From a virus (lineage: Duplodnaviria > Caudoviricetes), in the IMG/VR virus record IMGVR_UViG_3300048080_000159, positions 1 to 36,519 of that record: DNA of 36,519 nucleotides; one strand, 5' to 3'. Shown here in pieces: positions 17,201 to 26,318 of this stretch (the first letter of the stretch is position 1; each line of letters opens with the position of its first letter). The position numbers and the translations under genes are program-made. Under the pieces are notes generated by a model. That model was not told where the DNA came from. It worked only from the letters and a program-made list of their open reading frames with translations, and did not search any database.

Positions 17201-17209
17201 GACAACTCC

Positions 17210-17521
17210 TCAGAAACGCTTTCGGTACCAGAGTAACCGCTCGTACGCGAGCGGCACCTCGGTCGCTGAAACACCGTTCGAGCCGATCATCACGGCCTCG
17301 CGATTTGAGTACCAGTGGCCAACCAATAGCAGAACGGCCTGGAGGACATCTTTGGTCAAGCCCATTTGCTCGGGGAGCACGGGTTCGTCCGAGACCAGCA
17401 CTCGATCGCAATGCTGTTCGACGTGAGCAAGCGCGGCGTCGATATACCCCTGGATCAGGACATCTTCATCATCGTGATCGACGCGCAAATGCTGCTTCAC
17501 CAGGGATAGCTCGATCATCAC
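17210..17521 (-). CDS. Head-tail connector (HK97 gp6-like)
   Basis: VKQHLRVD..DED.LI and AVLLLVGHWY.NREAV motifs. Confidence 0.93.
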   Translation of the reverse strand: MMIELSLVKQHLRVDHDDEDVLIQGYIDAALAHVEQHCDRVLVSDEPVLPEQMGLTKDVLQAVLLLVGHWYSNREAVMIGSNGVSATEVPLAYERLLWYRKRF

Positions 17522-17709
17522 TTGTTCTCGTTGGGCTTGGCTTGTTTGGTGGAGGCAGGCTTCACGCTTTCGGCAAGGCCTTTACCGATAAGGGCGTGGG
17601 CATACTCCTCATCCTCAACATCGAGGACAGTGCCAGCCATCACGCGGCCATTCCCGGTTTTGAGCTTTCCAGGATCACCTTCGAAGCCCCAAAGCACTTT
17701 AATTTCCAT
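17518..17709 (-). CDS. Small head-associated hypothetical protein
   Basis: A.ALI.KGLAE motif and basic tail, typical of the gene after the capsid; overlaps the next start. Confidence 0.7.
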   Translation of the reverse strand: MEIKVLWGFEGDPGKLKTGNGRVMAGTVLDVEDEEYAHALIGKGLAESVKPASTKQAKPNENK

Positions 17710-17758
17710 GATATTTACCAGGTGTATGGGGCTGGAAAGCCCCAGATGAAAAGGAAGG

Positions 17759-18967
17759 TTATACAGTCAGCGCGAAGCGCCCTTTCACAAAGGCGTACTT
17801 CTTACGAACCGCCAGGCCAAGACGCTCTTCGACCAGAATGGCGCGCTGGTTTTTGATGAAGTCGTCGTTGATCATGCCGACCTTGATGGTGAACGCCATG
17901 CGGTCGTAGATACGAGCGCCCTGCTGGAACGAACCAGTCAGGAACTCACCGCCGGTTGTTGCACCGTCGCCTTCGTCCATACTGTCGGAAGCAACCACTG
18001 GACGTCCCCACAAGATCGGGGTGGACAGCCCTTGCAAATTCGCGAACAAGTAGCGGTTCTCGCCATCCTTCTGCAGCTCGATGTTCATCCAGTCCAGATC
18101 GGACATCACCACCGCATCCGCTGGCAGCTTGGATTGTTTGCGCGCCTGGTAGATCGCGCGGCGCACAGTATCAATCGCCGTGTCGGTGGCTTTGGTGAGG
18201 TCGTTGTCGAACGCCGTGGCCTGGGTCATGATTCCGTTGAGGTTGTTACCGATGCCGTCACCTTTCAGCAACTGACCTTCGCGCTTCAGTTCCAGGTCAT
18301 AGCGCAGAAGCTCCTGAATGTAGCTGTACAATTGCGGCACGTCGTCCAGGGCTTCATCAGTCACTGGCATCCAAACAGCAATTTTCTTGATGATGTCGGT
18401 GACTTGTTCGAAGGTCACGTTGCTGGTTGGTTTGGCCGCGCCCTCCGCCACCATGCCGGCGCCCAGGGTATGCAACAGTTCACGGAAGTAGGTGAACGAC
18501 TGACCCGTAACCGGGGTGGTCGGAATCAGATCCCGAATCAGCAGGTTTTGACGTGGTGGGCCTTGGATCACCGTGTCGTACTGCGGAGCAACCAAACCCG
18601 CGCTGGTGACCTTGGTCTCGGCCATGCTCGCCATATCGGATTTGGTGACTTCCATCTCGGCAACGCTTTGGCTTTTCTGAGCCAGCGCCTGGTACTTGTC
18701 ATTACCCTTGACGAAGTCAATGAAGCTTTTCTTCTCGGGGTTCTGATTGCGCAGCTTCACGCCCTTTTCTTCGAGCTTCTGCACCTGCTCGATGACGCGT
18801 TCGATCTCGCCTTTCTGGTTTTCGATCTGCTTTTTCAGTTCGGCGGATGCAGAGCTGCCCTTTTCTAGTTCGTCAGACACTGCGTCGTACTTGACTTGCA
18901 GTGTGCCGAAACCATCTTTAAGTTGCTTTTCGAGGGCTTCGCGAATTTCTTTAACATCAGCGGTCAT
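17759..18967 (-). CDS. Major capsid protein, HK97 fold with delta domain
   Basis: Coiled-coil N-terminus, V.EG..KP.S, L.GDG.G.NL.GI and F.KN...IL.EERL.LAV motifs. Confidence 0.96.
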   Translation of the reverse strand: MTADVKEIREALEKQLKDGFGTLQVKYDAVSDELEKGSSASAELKKQIENQKGEIERVIEQVQKLEEKGVKLRNQNPEKKSFIDFVKGNDKYQALAQKSQSVAEMEVTKSDMASMAETKVTSAGLVAPQYDTVIQGPPRQNLLIRDLIPTTPVTGQSFTYFRELLHTLGAGMVAEGAAKPTSNVTFEQVTDIIKKIAVWMPVTDEALDDVPQLYSYIQELLRYDLELKREGQLLKGDGIGNNLNGIMTQATAFDNDLTKATDTAIDTVRRAIYQARKQSKLPADAVVMSDLDWMNIELQKDGENRYLFANLQGLSTPILWGRPVVASDSMDEGDGATTGGEFLTGSFQQGARIYDRMAFTIKVGMINDDFIKNQRAILVEERLGLAVRKKYAFVKGRFALTV

Positions 18968-19608
18968 GGCTGAACTCCAAATTGATTTTTGAACAGGTTG
19001 GATATTTCTTTCAGCTCATCCACGATCGCCGTGGCCGCCGTACCACCATCACGGTGTACTGCGGAGTAGCCGAGCGAAGCGACGGCTGCCGCTTCCTTTT
19101 GCGAAAGGCCCATGCGTTCGCGTAGGGCATTTTCAAAAAGTCTGATATCCGATTTCACATCGGAAATAGTTGCTTGAGGGTTCATGCCGAAGGGCACAAT
19201 CGACGCCTCCCAAAGCTCTGCTTGCTTGATGATCCGAACCGTGCGGCCAGCACGCTCTTCAAATGTTGAAAGCAAGGTGTTGAAGCCGATCGACATACTG
19301 TCGAGCGTTCCTTCTTTCATCAGTTCGTAAGCGTCTCGCGCGTAACTCACAGCCAGGTTGATCTTGCCTTTTAAGTGCAGGCCGTGATCGTCCTGACTGA
19401 AATCAGCCGAACCAACAAGAAGTTTCAAGTCATGAAAAAGCGCCAACTTCAAGCGACCTGCTCTGGTGGTCTTCACCTTGGTGAAGGCTCCGGGCAGGAT
19501 CACGTCATCGCCCAGATCGATGTTGTTGAACACCGCCGCGTAACCCTCGAAGTTACCCGCGTCATCGACGGCCTTTACCTCGAAGGGGACTTCAAGTTTG
19601 CTGAGCAT
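18964..19608 (-). CDS. HK97-family prohead protease
   Basis: FEGYAAVF.N.D...DVI.PGAF, MSIGF and LWE.S.V.F.MN motifs. Confidence 0.95.
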   Translation of the reverse strand: MLSKLEVPFEVKAVDDAGNFEGYAAVFNNIDLGDDVILPGAFTKVKTTRAGRLKLALFHDLKLLVGSADFSQDDHGLHLKGKINLAVSYARDAYELMKEGTLDSMSIGFNTLLSTFEERAGRTVRIIKQAELWEASIVPFGMNPQATISDVKSDIRLFENALRERMGLSQKEAAAVASLGYSAVHRDGGTAATAIVDELKEISNLFKNQFGVQP

Positions 19609-20806
19609 TGGTCTGCATCTCCCACCGGGTAACCCGGTTGTATTCTTCGCCGTCCAGGCGGGGCAGGTTTTCTTTGTCGCGGACTTCGTTTATGCACATC
19701 CAGCCGGAACCGCCAGAGCCGCCCAAGGCCGCCTGGTAATACGTGGCGCGACCAGCGCTGTCGGCGCGCAACAATCCCTCAACGATGAACTCAACGAATT
19801 GAGTCGTACCGCCGAACAGTTTGTCGTTCAGTTCGTCCTCGATCGCATCGAGGTATGGCTTCAGGCCGAAGGTGACAAACCCACTGGTTTGCTGCTCCAA
19901 GTTCGACCCCATGATTGAGGTCTTGCCGGCACGGTTGGCCAGGTACAGCGGAACGCCATAAACACCAGCGAGCGCTTCTTCCTGGAACTGTTGCGACTCG
20001 ATGAACTGGCTGTCCTTTTGGCTTAAGCCCGCAGGCACAATTTTTGGACCACCCTGCAAAATCCCCATCGAACCGATATCGTCGACGTCGCCCTTCCGGA
20101 CATCTGGAAACTTCGCAAGGATTTGCGCCTGCTGAGCGGCGGTCAGAAACTGGTCGTAGATGACATAGCCACCAGTGAAACCACCCTTGCGCATAAACCG
20201 CGCTGACCAGTCCTGCGCCGTCTTCGCAAGCCCCATGGATTCAGCCATATGTTCAATAGGTGAAAGACCATTGATGCCGTCCCCGCTAAACAACTTGAAG
20301 TGCAACATGTTCTCCGGGGAGACCGGGAAGCGATCGCCGCCCAGGGTGACCCAGTAGATGAGGTCATCGCTGGTATCGGCTTCGGCGTTATCGGCATTGA
20401 CCGGAATGAATCCGATCCAATCACCGTTGTCGGCTCGCTCGATAATTGCGTATGCATTTCCACGCAACGCCATGTTCACCACGGCACACTTCAAGAAGTT
20501 GAGCCGGGTCATGTGGGGGTTCGGCTTGCGCAGCACCCGCGCCTGACGGGTTTTGGAACCAACCAAGACGCGGACACCGGTAGCATCGTCGTAGATTTTC
20601 AGTGGAAGACCTGAGACGGACTCACTCAGGATCTTGATGCAGGACCAGACGATGGGGATGCTCAGCGCTTTTTTTGCGGTGATCACCACCCCTGACTTGG
20701 TCCGCTTACCGCCGATAGTCGTGTCGACTTCGACGTAATCACCAGTCACAGGGTCGGTGTATCCGAACATGCGCCAGGACAGCGGGTTGTACCAACGAGA
20801 TGCCAT
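19592..20806 (-). CDS. HK97-family portal protein
   Basis: V..CI..LSE.V..LP, PN..MT, GLSPI, D.QF.ES and NEVR..ENLP motifs. Confidence 0.95.
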   Translation of the reverse strand: MASRWYNPLSWRMFGYTDPVTGDYVEVDTTIGGKRTKSGVVITAKKALSIPIVWSCIKILSESVSGLPLKIYDDATGVRVLVGSKTRQARVLRKPNPHMTRLNFLKCAVVNMALRGNAYAIIERADNGDWIGFIPVNADNAEADTSDDLIYWVTLGGDRFPVSPENMLHFKLFSGDGINGLSPIEHMAESMGLAKTAQDWSARFMRKGGFTGGYVIYDQFLTAAQQAQILAKFPDVRKGDVDDIGSMGILQGGPKIVPAGLSQKDSQFIESQQFQEEALAGVYGVPLYLANRAGKTSIMGSNLEQQTSGFVTFGLKPYLDAIEDELNDKLFGGTTQFVEFIVEGLLRADSAGRATYYQAALGGSGGSGWMCINEVRDKENLPRLDGEEYNRVTRWEMQTNAQQT

Positions 20807-20813
20807 ATTCAGC

Positions 20814-22508
20814 CTATGAGTTCGAGCCGATGAGTCCGAAGAATCCGCCGGAGAGGTAGTTGTCCAGGCCGCTTTGGGCCTGCGGGTTTAGCGAGATCAG
20901 CGAAATGGCGTTGAAGGTAGCCATCAGTGGGTCGATCTTGGCGAAGCCAGATGCCTGCTTGGTAATGAGGATGGAGTTCCCGCGGGGCTCCACCCGAGCA
21001 TTCCCACAGCACCAGTTCATCAGCGGTTGACCGCCGTGCACCAACCCTCCTTCAGCCAGCCTGCGCTCAGTAGTCTTGATGGCGCCGCCGAGCTTCCAGC
21101 CTTGAGAAATGCCGATGACCTTGTCCTCTGGCACTTCGGCTTCCACCAGCGCATCCAAAATCGCTCCGACGCCCGCCGGGTCGACACCGACCTTGTCGAG
21201 TAGCCCAGCCATTTCTATCCGCGCAACCAGCTGCGCCACTTCGGCCACGTCATCACCGATGGTTTTGACCAGCGTCAGATGTCCATCGCGAGCAAAGTCG
21301 TGGAACCTAGCGGCCTCGCTTTTACGGCGAATCAGCACGGATGGGTGTGCCCAGGCATGGGTCCACAACAGCCACTCCCTCGTATCCCGATCACGGCCGA
21401 TCGCGGCAAAGCCAAGCAAGTCGTCTAGCCCGCCACCATCGATTCCCACATCAATGACTTCGCTGCGGTCAAGCAAGTACTCAAAGCTGACACCTGCGGG
21501 GCGTGCCTGGGCTTCCCAGAACTCGGCACCCGCCCAGCGATCCGAGCGCAATGCCAGACCGATTTCAACGTTCAGGTGCTTCGCAAGGAAGCCCCGCATG
21601 GATTCCTCGCCGTCCTCATTCGCCTTCTGGAATTCACGAAGCAGAAACTCGGTGTCGACCGAAGCTCCCATGTTGGGGTTGGTGACGAAGAAGTTTGCAG
21701 GGTCCCGATGTTTGTTAGCCTTGATCATTTCTTCCGGAAATTCATAAATCACCGGAAGAAAGCGTTTGTCATTGATGCGCCCATCCCGAACGCCCCGGGC
21801 ATAGTTCAGCTTCTGCCGAAAGACGCCAGCCGGAGGCTCGTCGGATTGGGTAGACAGAAAGATTGTGAAACCTTCAGGCCGTGATGCCAGGCCGCCGCAG
21901 GCTTCACGCAGCATGTTCTCGGCGTTCGGACGCTTGCCGAACAACCACAACTCGTCGATCAGAACGCCGGTTGCTTTCTTGCCGCCGACCGTGTCGCTGT
22001 CGGCGGCCACTACTTTCAAAGTGGCGCCGGTCAGGCGGTGAGTGATGGTCCGTGTGTGGTCCTGCACTTGGAGCAGTTCCGACAGTTCGTCGTCGCTGTT
22101 CACCATGTCGCGGGCAGGAAAGAAACTGTTGTTGGCGATCTCAATCGTCGGAGCGAGGATCAGGAACTCGGCCGAGTGACGCCAGTTGCGGATCAGAGCA
22201 GTAAGCATGATGCCGGCGGCGGTCGTCGACTTTGTGTTCTTCTTCGAGATCAGCAGGAAGAACTCGGTGATCAAACGGCGTCCTTGCTCCGGATCGTACG
22301 AGCCGAACACTGAACCAACAAAATCGATGATCCAGTCGCGCGAGACTTCGCCCATCGTCGGCTTGCCGGCCATGTCCGCAACACGAAGCTGTTTGAAAAC
22401 CTCCATCGCTTCTGTGCGTTCAGTAGGAAACAGTGGAACAACTGGCACCAGCGACTCGCTCGCCAAGATGCGCTTTTCCCAATCAGGGCAAGCAGTTGTC
22501 CATTCCAT
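20814..22508 (-). CDS. Terminase large subunit
   Basis: LISKKNTKST Walker A variant, LIDELW Walker B, GIDGGGLDD and KIDP nuclease motifs. Confidence 0.95.
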   Translation of the reverse strand: MEWTTACPDWEKRILASESLVPVVPLFPTERTEAMEVFKQLRVADMAGKPTMGEVSRDWIIDFVGSVFGSYDPEQGRRLITEFFLLISKKNTKSTTAAGIMLTALIRNWRHSAEFLILAPTIEIANNSFFPARDMVNSDDELSELLQVQDHTRTITHRLTGATLKVVAADSDTVGGKKATGVLIDELWLFGKRPNAENMLREACGGLASRPEGFTIFLSTQSDEPPAGVFRQKLNYARGVRDGRINDKRFLPVIYEFPEEMIKANKHRDPANFFVTNPNMGASVDTEFLLREFQKANEDGEESMRGFLAKHLNVEIGLALRSDRWAGAEFWEAQARPAGVSFEYLLDRSEVIDVGIDGGGLDDLLGFAAIGRDRDTREWLLWTHAWAHPSVLIRRKSEAARFHDFARDGHLTLVKTIGDDVAEVAQLVARIEMAGLLDKVGVDPAGVGAILDALVEAEVPEDKVIGISQGWKLGGAIKTTERRLAEGGLVHGGQPLMNWCCGNARVEPRGNSILITKQASGFAKIDPLMATFNAISLISLNPQAQSGLDNYLSGGFFGLIGSNS

Positions 22509-22509
22509 A

Positions 22510-22995
22510 TCACTTCACCGCGCGAAGCGGTGGCGCACCGGTGCCAAAGCGCCCAGTGCCGGCCTGCTTCGCGGCGTCCTGCTTGTCCTGTTTTTTCCCA
22601 GCATCGCCCTTGCGCTGGTGCATGAAAGGCATCAATGCCTTTGCCGCATCGACTCGAAGCTTGGGTTCGCTGCCGAAGTCGTTCATGACGGCGAGCAAAA
22701 AGTCTTTTGGGTCTCCGTGCCGAAGCGCTTGGGCAAGATCAAAACCGGCTTCGGTAGGCTCTTCGAACGCTTCGCCGACGTCGGCAGCCGGTGCAGGCCG
22801 AGTGGCGCGGGCTTTAACAATTTTGTTAACGCCCAACGCTGCAAGGGCCGCCATGACGTCCGGGTGTTTTGCCAACCTTGAGCCAGCGACCGATGCGCTG
22901 TCGACCGCGTATCCCGCGGCGATGGCTGCATTTTTATTGGACGCACCTTCCCTAACAGCATTCACAAATGCCTGCTGTTTGGGTGTTAAAGCCAT
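22510..22995 (-). CDS. Terminase small subunit
   Basis: Start MALTPKQQAF; AAIAAGY...SA...GSRL and R.DAAKALMPF.H motifs. Confidence 0.9.
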   Translation of the reverse strand: MALTPKQQAFVNAVREGASNKNAAIAAGYAVDSASVAGSRLAKHPDVMAALAALGVNKIVKARATRPAPAADVGEAFEEPTEAGFDLAQALRHGDPKDFLLAVMNDFGSEPKLRVDAAKALMPFMHQRKGDAGKKQDKQDAAKQAGTGRFGTGAPPLRAVK

Positions 22996-23075
22996 TAACA
23001 AAAAACCTATGAGAGGAAAAAAATCTGTCCGTGCGGGGGCGAGTGGTCTAGAAGACTTTTGCTTCTCAGAATTTC

Positions 23076-23094
23076 GCCCCCCCCGGGGTGGGGC
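23076..23094. other. Candidate cos site
   Basis: GC-run GCCCCCCCCGGGGTGGGGC in the gap between HNH and terS, where HK97-like phages carry cos. Confidence 0.45.
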
Positions 23095-23177
23095 ACTGAC
23101 GTGCTGCACCGTCGCGGTGCGCGGACCGGGGAGTTGACGTGCCGCAGAGGCAGGTCTTCTGTGCCACCGACCAGGCA

Positions 23178-23516
23178 TCACCACCGAGGCAGCAGTGCCT
23201 CCTCCTTCTTCTTCACCACGTCATGGCATGGCTTACACAGCGACTGCCAATTGGTGCGGTCCCAGAACAACACCATGTCGCCACGGTGCGGGATGATGTG
23301 GTCGACGATGCATGCGCCAGTCACCCGGCCTTCACGGTCGCAGTACTTGCACAGCGGGTTCTCATTGAGGAACACCAATCGCGCTTGCTGCCATTCGTAG
23401 GTGTAGCCACGCTGGTTGGAGGTGCGCTTATCAGATCGCCATGAATCAGGGTCAGCAGTTGCCAGTCGGTCGCCTTGGGTCTTCACCCTGGTGGCGAGCA
23501 TGGTAAGTCGTGCCAT
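23178..23516 (-). CDS. Terminase-associated HNH endonuclease (HK97 gp74-like)
   Basis: PLCKYC...VDHIIPHRGD..LFWD..NWQSLCKPCH motif. Confidence 0.95.
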   Translation of the reverse strand: MARLTMLATRVKTQGDRLATADPDSWRSDKRTSNQRGYTYEWQQARLVFLNENPLCKYCDREGRVTGACIVDHIIPHRGDMVLFWDRTNWQSLCKPCHDVVKKKEEALLPRW

Positions 23517-23525
23517 CGCCGCCTC

Positions 23526-23798
23526 CTACTTGCTCTGACTGCGTTTGATCTGTGCATCGACCTGGTCGGCACACGTATCAAGCAGTTTGATGGCCTGATC
23601 CTTGAGCTCCCAAACATCGCCATTCAGGCGAAGGTCAGCTGCATCAGCATCGACGCGCTCACAGGGGATCAGCTCAGGGGCTTCAATTCTTACTGCCATT
23701 GCCTTTGTTACCACTGGCGGGCTTCCCGCGCAGGCCGTCAGGCAAAGGCTGAGCAGCCCAATCACGAACAGGCTTGCTGTTGCGCTTGAGATCTTCAA
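23526..23798 (-). CDS. Outer-membrane lipoprotein spanin of the holin-linked pair
   Basis: Lipobox LTAC, PELIPC and ALD/LDTC..QVD-type end; overlaps the i-spanin 3' end; TTG start. Confidence 0.8.
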   Translation of the reverse strand: MKISSATASLFVIGLLSLCLTACAGSPPVVTKAMAVRIEAPELIPCERVDADAADLRLNGDVWELKDQAIKLLDTCADQVDAQIKRSQSK

Positions 23799-24060
23799 AG
23801 TCCTTCCTCGCCTTTTTGGCTTTGTCTTCGCTGGCCTTGATTCGAATGTTCAGGTCTTTCAAGTAATCAGCGTTGCGCTGGGCCTCGGCACGCAGCGTGG
23901 TGATCGTCGCCTGGCTCTCGACATTGGCGTCGACGGCCTTCTGTTTCTCGCCTGCCTCGAACTGAACGTCAGCACGCAAGGCGATCACCCGGTACTGCTG
24001 AATCCCAACGAGCAGGACCGCGACCAAGGCGATGATGATTGCAGCGGCTACGGCCTTCAT
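23683..24060 (-). CDS. Inner-membrane spanin of the holin-linked pair (LysB-like)
   Basis: ATGA overlap with the holin; N-terminal TM, coiled coil, VRDWAAQPLPD motif. Confidence 0.82.
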   Translation of the reverse strand: MKAVAAAIIIALVAVLLVGIQQYRVIALRADVQFEAGEKQKAVDANVESQATITTLRAEAQRNADYLKDLNIRIKASEDKAKKARKDFEDLKRNSKPVRDWAAQPLPDGLRGKPASGNKGNGSKN

Positions 24061-24380
24061 GCGGCATCCGCCTTGCGACCAAGGAACTTGGTCACCAGTT
24101 CGCGGATCGCGGTTACACCAAGGAAGCCAATAGAACCGCCGGCGGCAACTGAAAGGCTCGGTGGCCATGCCATCCATTCGATCAGGCTCGATGCAACCAG
24201 GCTCAACGACCCACAGATAAGAGCTTCGAAGAAAATTCGACGCTTACTGGTTTCTTTTGCGTCGTACATGACGCGCAGCAGGGAGACGGTGACGGCCATA
24301 ATTACGCCCTGCCATAGCGGGTTCGAGAGGGCATCCATGAGCTTGGCCCACGTGTCTGGCTTATCAGGCATGGCAGGCAT
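24057..24380 (-). CDS. Lambda S-family holin with possible dual start (24380 and 24371)
   Basis: MPAMPDKPDTW start, three hydrophobic segments, EALICG and GG.IGFLGV motifs; GGAGG SD. Confidence 0.92.
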   Translation of the reverse strand: MPAMPDKPDTWAKLMDALSNPLWQGVIMAVTVSLLRVMYDAKETSKRRIFFEALICGSLSLVASSLIEWMAWPPSLSVAAGGSIGFLGVTAIRELVTKFLGRKADAA

Positions 24381-24469
24381 CCGGGTGTCCTCCCTCTCGG
24401 GGAGCGAAATAGGTACAGCTCCAACAGCACTCCCAGCTCGGAGCAATGGGTGTGGTGGAGCCGAACACG

Positions 24470-24495
24470 AAAAAGCCCCGCACAGTGGCGAGGCT
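24470..24495 (-). terminator. Intrinsic terminator upstream of the holin
   Basis: Minus strand AGCCTCGC-CACTGT-GCGGGGCTTTTT. Confidence 0.7.
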
Positions 24496-24537
24496 CGGAG
24501 TGGGAAGGGTCTAGCCTTCTTGTGCTGTGGTTAACTC

Positions 24538-24984
24538 TTAAACAGCCAGTGCTTTTTCAAGACTTTCATACATTGCAGAGAACAAATGACCGTATTCACC
24601 GCGGCTGAACGGACTTGGATAAATTGCAGCGTCCGTCGAAGATGCTTGGTACTTGGTACCAACTTTACAAAGCCGAAGGGACAAAACATGTTGGCTGTTT
24701 GGCCTATCCGTAGGCTCAACACTAAGATTCAAAAGCAGCGCGAAATGCAGTAGATTTTTATACTGCTCCATTTGCGCAAAATCGCACTGTTCAAAACCAT
24801 CAAGGCCAATACGTCCGAAATGGACCCACCGACCACTGTCTTCCACCTCGGGCTCTGGCAGCCCTAAGTATGTGCAAAATCCCTCTAGAATCTCCTTTGC
24901 GGTATCGCGAAGGTCGATCCAGTAGCCCGCCTCAGCATCTACCAATGATTCGTATTTTTTCTTGAGTTCCAGAAACTTTGTCAA
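24538..24984 (-). CDS. Moron: hypothetical protein, 148 aa
   Basis: AAGGAG SD before TTG 24984; AT-richer; flanked by terminators. Confidence 0.75.
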   Translation of the reverse strand: MTKFLELKKKYESLVDAEAGYWIDLRDTAKEILEGFCTYLGLPEPEVEDSGRWVHFGRIGLDGFEQCDFAQMEQYKNLLHFALLLNLSVEPTDRPNSQHVLSLRLCKVGTKYQASSTDAAIYPSPFSRGEYGHLFSAMYESLEKALAV

Positions 24985-25036
24985 TTGGTCACTCCTTAAC
25001 GAGCATGCTTTAAGCCGGCATCGAAGGATGACCAAT

Positions 25037-25065
25037 AAAAAAGCCCGACGCAATGGCCGGGCTTT
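25037..25065 (-). terminator. Intrinsic terminator, copy 2
   Basis: AAGCCCGGCCATTGCGTCGGGCTTTTTT on the minus strand. Confidence 0.8.
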
Positions 25066-25080
25066 CTCTTTAATCACGAA

Positions 25081-25365
25081 TTAAAATGCTTCGGGTGTTA
25101 ACTCAAGATCTTCGACAAGTCGAACGTCCATAGCATTCAAGACGCTCTTGCTGACAGCATCAATGGCACTGACTGTCTGCAGCCTATGCTCGATCATTTG
25201 GTTATACCGTAGTCGATAGGCATGCTCGTGTTCGAGAATCAATGACAGCGCCTGCTCGAGAGGAAGGCTGGTCGCCATCGCCAGAACCGTCTGAGTCGGC
25301 GGCTCTGGATGTCCGTCCTCGGCAGAAAAAAGCAATTCGTTCAATGTTATGAGAAGCATATTCAT
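25081..25365 (-). CDS. Moron: hypothetical acidic protein, 94 aa
   Basis: The ORF fills the space between two near-identical terminators. Confidence 0.6.
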   Translation of the reverse strand: MNMLLITLNELLFSAEDGHPEPPTQTVLAMATSLPLEQALSLILEHEHAYRLRYNQMIEHRLQTVSAIDAVSKSVLNAMDVRLVEDLELTPEAF

Positions 25366-25376
25366 CCCTGATCAGT

Positions 25377-25405
25377 AAAAAGCCCGACTCAATGGCCGGG
25401 CTTTT
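25377..25405 (-). terminator. tR'-like terminator after the late promoter, copy 1
   Basis: AAGCCCGGCCATTGAGTCGGGCTTTTT on the minus strand. Confidence 0.8.
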
Positions 25406-25445
25406 CGTGTTCGCATCCTAAAGACGCAGAACCGCAATGTGGTGT

Positions 25446-25474
25446 ATTAAATTCTCATTTTCTCAGCGGGTCAA
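25446..25474 (-). promoter_or_regulatory. Late promoter (pR'-like) with candidate Q-binding element
   Basis: TTGACC-17 bp-TTTAAT overlapping the Q stop; the spacer has the direct repeat TGAGAA-AA-TGAGAA. Confidence 0.65.
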
Positions 25475-26022
25475 GCTGCTTCCGCTATCAATTCCGCTTC
25501 GTTGAGAATCACCCATGCCGAGGCGATTGCAGCATCACGCTCGGCCTCCAGCCACTTGCGGATATCCGACCGCCACCGGTACAGCGTCTTCTCCGGTGTG
25601 GGCGTGTCGGCGTTGTCCCAAGTGTGCAGCACCATGAATGCCTCAGGCAGTCGTGGAGTTGCCCAAGCGGTGACGCACTTCGTCCTGAACAGATGGTGAG
25701 ACCTCCCGGGTGCCGAGCGCGCCAGGTGGGCGATGGCCGCAATCCGCTGCTGCTGGGTCGAGCCGTCCAGATCCACCATAAAGTGAGCCACCAGCACTTG
25801 CCAGTGATGAGACGCCAAGACCCGACGCAGTAGCGACCGAGTCATGCTGTCCTGGGTGAGCTGGTCGAATCGATCCATTGGGCATGGGTTATCAGCGCGC
25901 TCCGCCTCCCAGGCTTCGGGCTTGTACTTGTTCTGCCAGCCAGCCCCCTTGTGCAGTGAAATTGAGTCGACGTTCATCGCTCGCATTATGCCGTGCTCCG
26001 CACTTCGATAGACCGTCATCAA
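25471..26022 (-). CDS. Probable late antiterminator (Q-like)
   Basis: Last early gene before the promoter/terminator and lysis genes; C-terminal HTH-like PEKTLYRWR. Confidence 0.7.
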   Translation of the reverse strand: MMTVYRSAEHGIMRAMNVDSISLHKGAGWQNKYKPEAWEAERADNPCPMDRFDQLTQDSMTRSLLRRVLASHHWQVLVAHFMVDLDGSTQQQRIAAIAHLARSAPGRSHHLFRTKCVTAWATPRLPEAFMVLHTWDNADTPTPEKTLYRWRSDIRKWLEAERDAAIASAWVILNEAELIAEAA

Positions 26023-26318
26023 GCAGCCCTCCGGATACGGCGGGGAGGCGGATTGTCGTCCAGACCCAGCAGGTTGCGCAGCAGGCGGTCGGCGGTCTTG
26101 CTTTTCGCGTTACCCTCGGCGACCCATCGTTTGCAGTAATCGCCAAATCCGATGTTGACCCGGGTGGTATGCCAACTGGCAACCATGTCCAACAAACAGG
26201 CCATGGCCGCAGCTCCACCGACTTTCTCTTGTGCTAGTCCCTCGCCCGCGATCTTCAAAAACTTCCGTTCGTGCTCGAGAAGACTCTTGCGCGGTAATGC
26301 CGCTGTTACGTTGTTCAT
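26019..26318 (-). CDS. Hypothetical phage protein
   Basis: 4-bp overlaps with both neighbours. Confidence 0.75.
   Translation of the reverse strand: MNNVTAALPRKSLLEHERKFLKIAGEGLAQEKVGGAAAMACLLDMVASWHTTRVNIGFGDYCKRWVAEGNAKSKTADRLLRNLLGLDDNPPPRRIRRAA

Noticed and set aside
23178-23516. HNH as a homing endonuclease or toxin
   Set aside because: Size, motif and position next to terS match the routine packaging cofactor.
24419-24428. CTCCAACAGC in the holin leader matching the sRNA loops (trans target)
   Set aside because: A 9-nt match is not unexpected by chance in 36 kb, and it lies in a stem.
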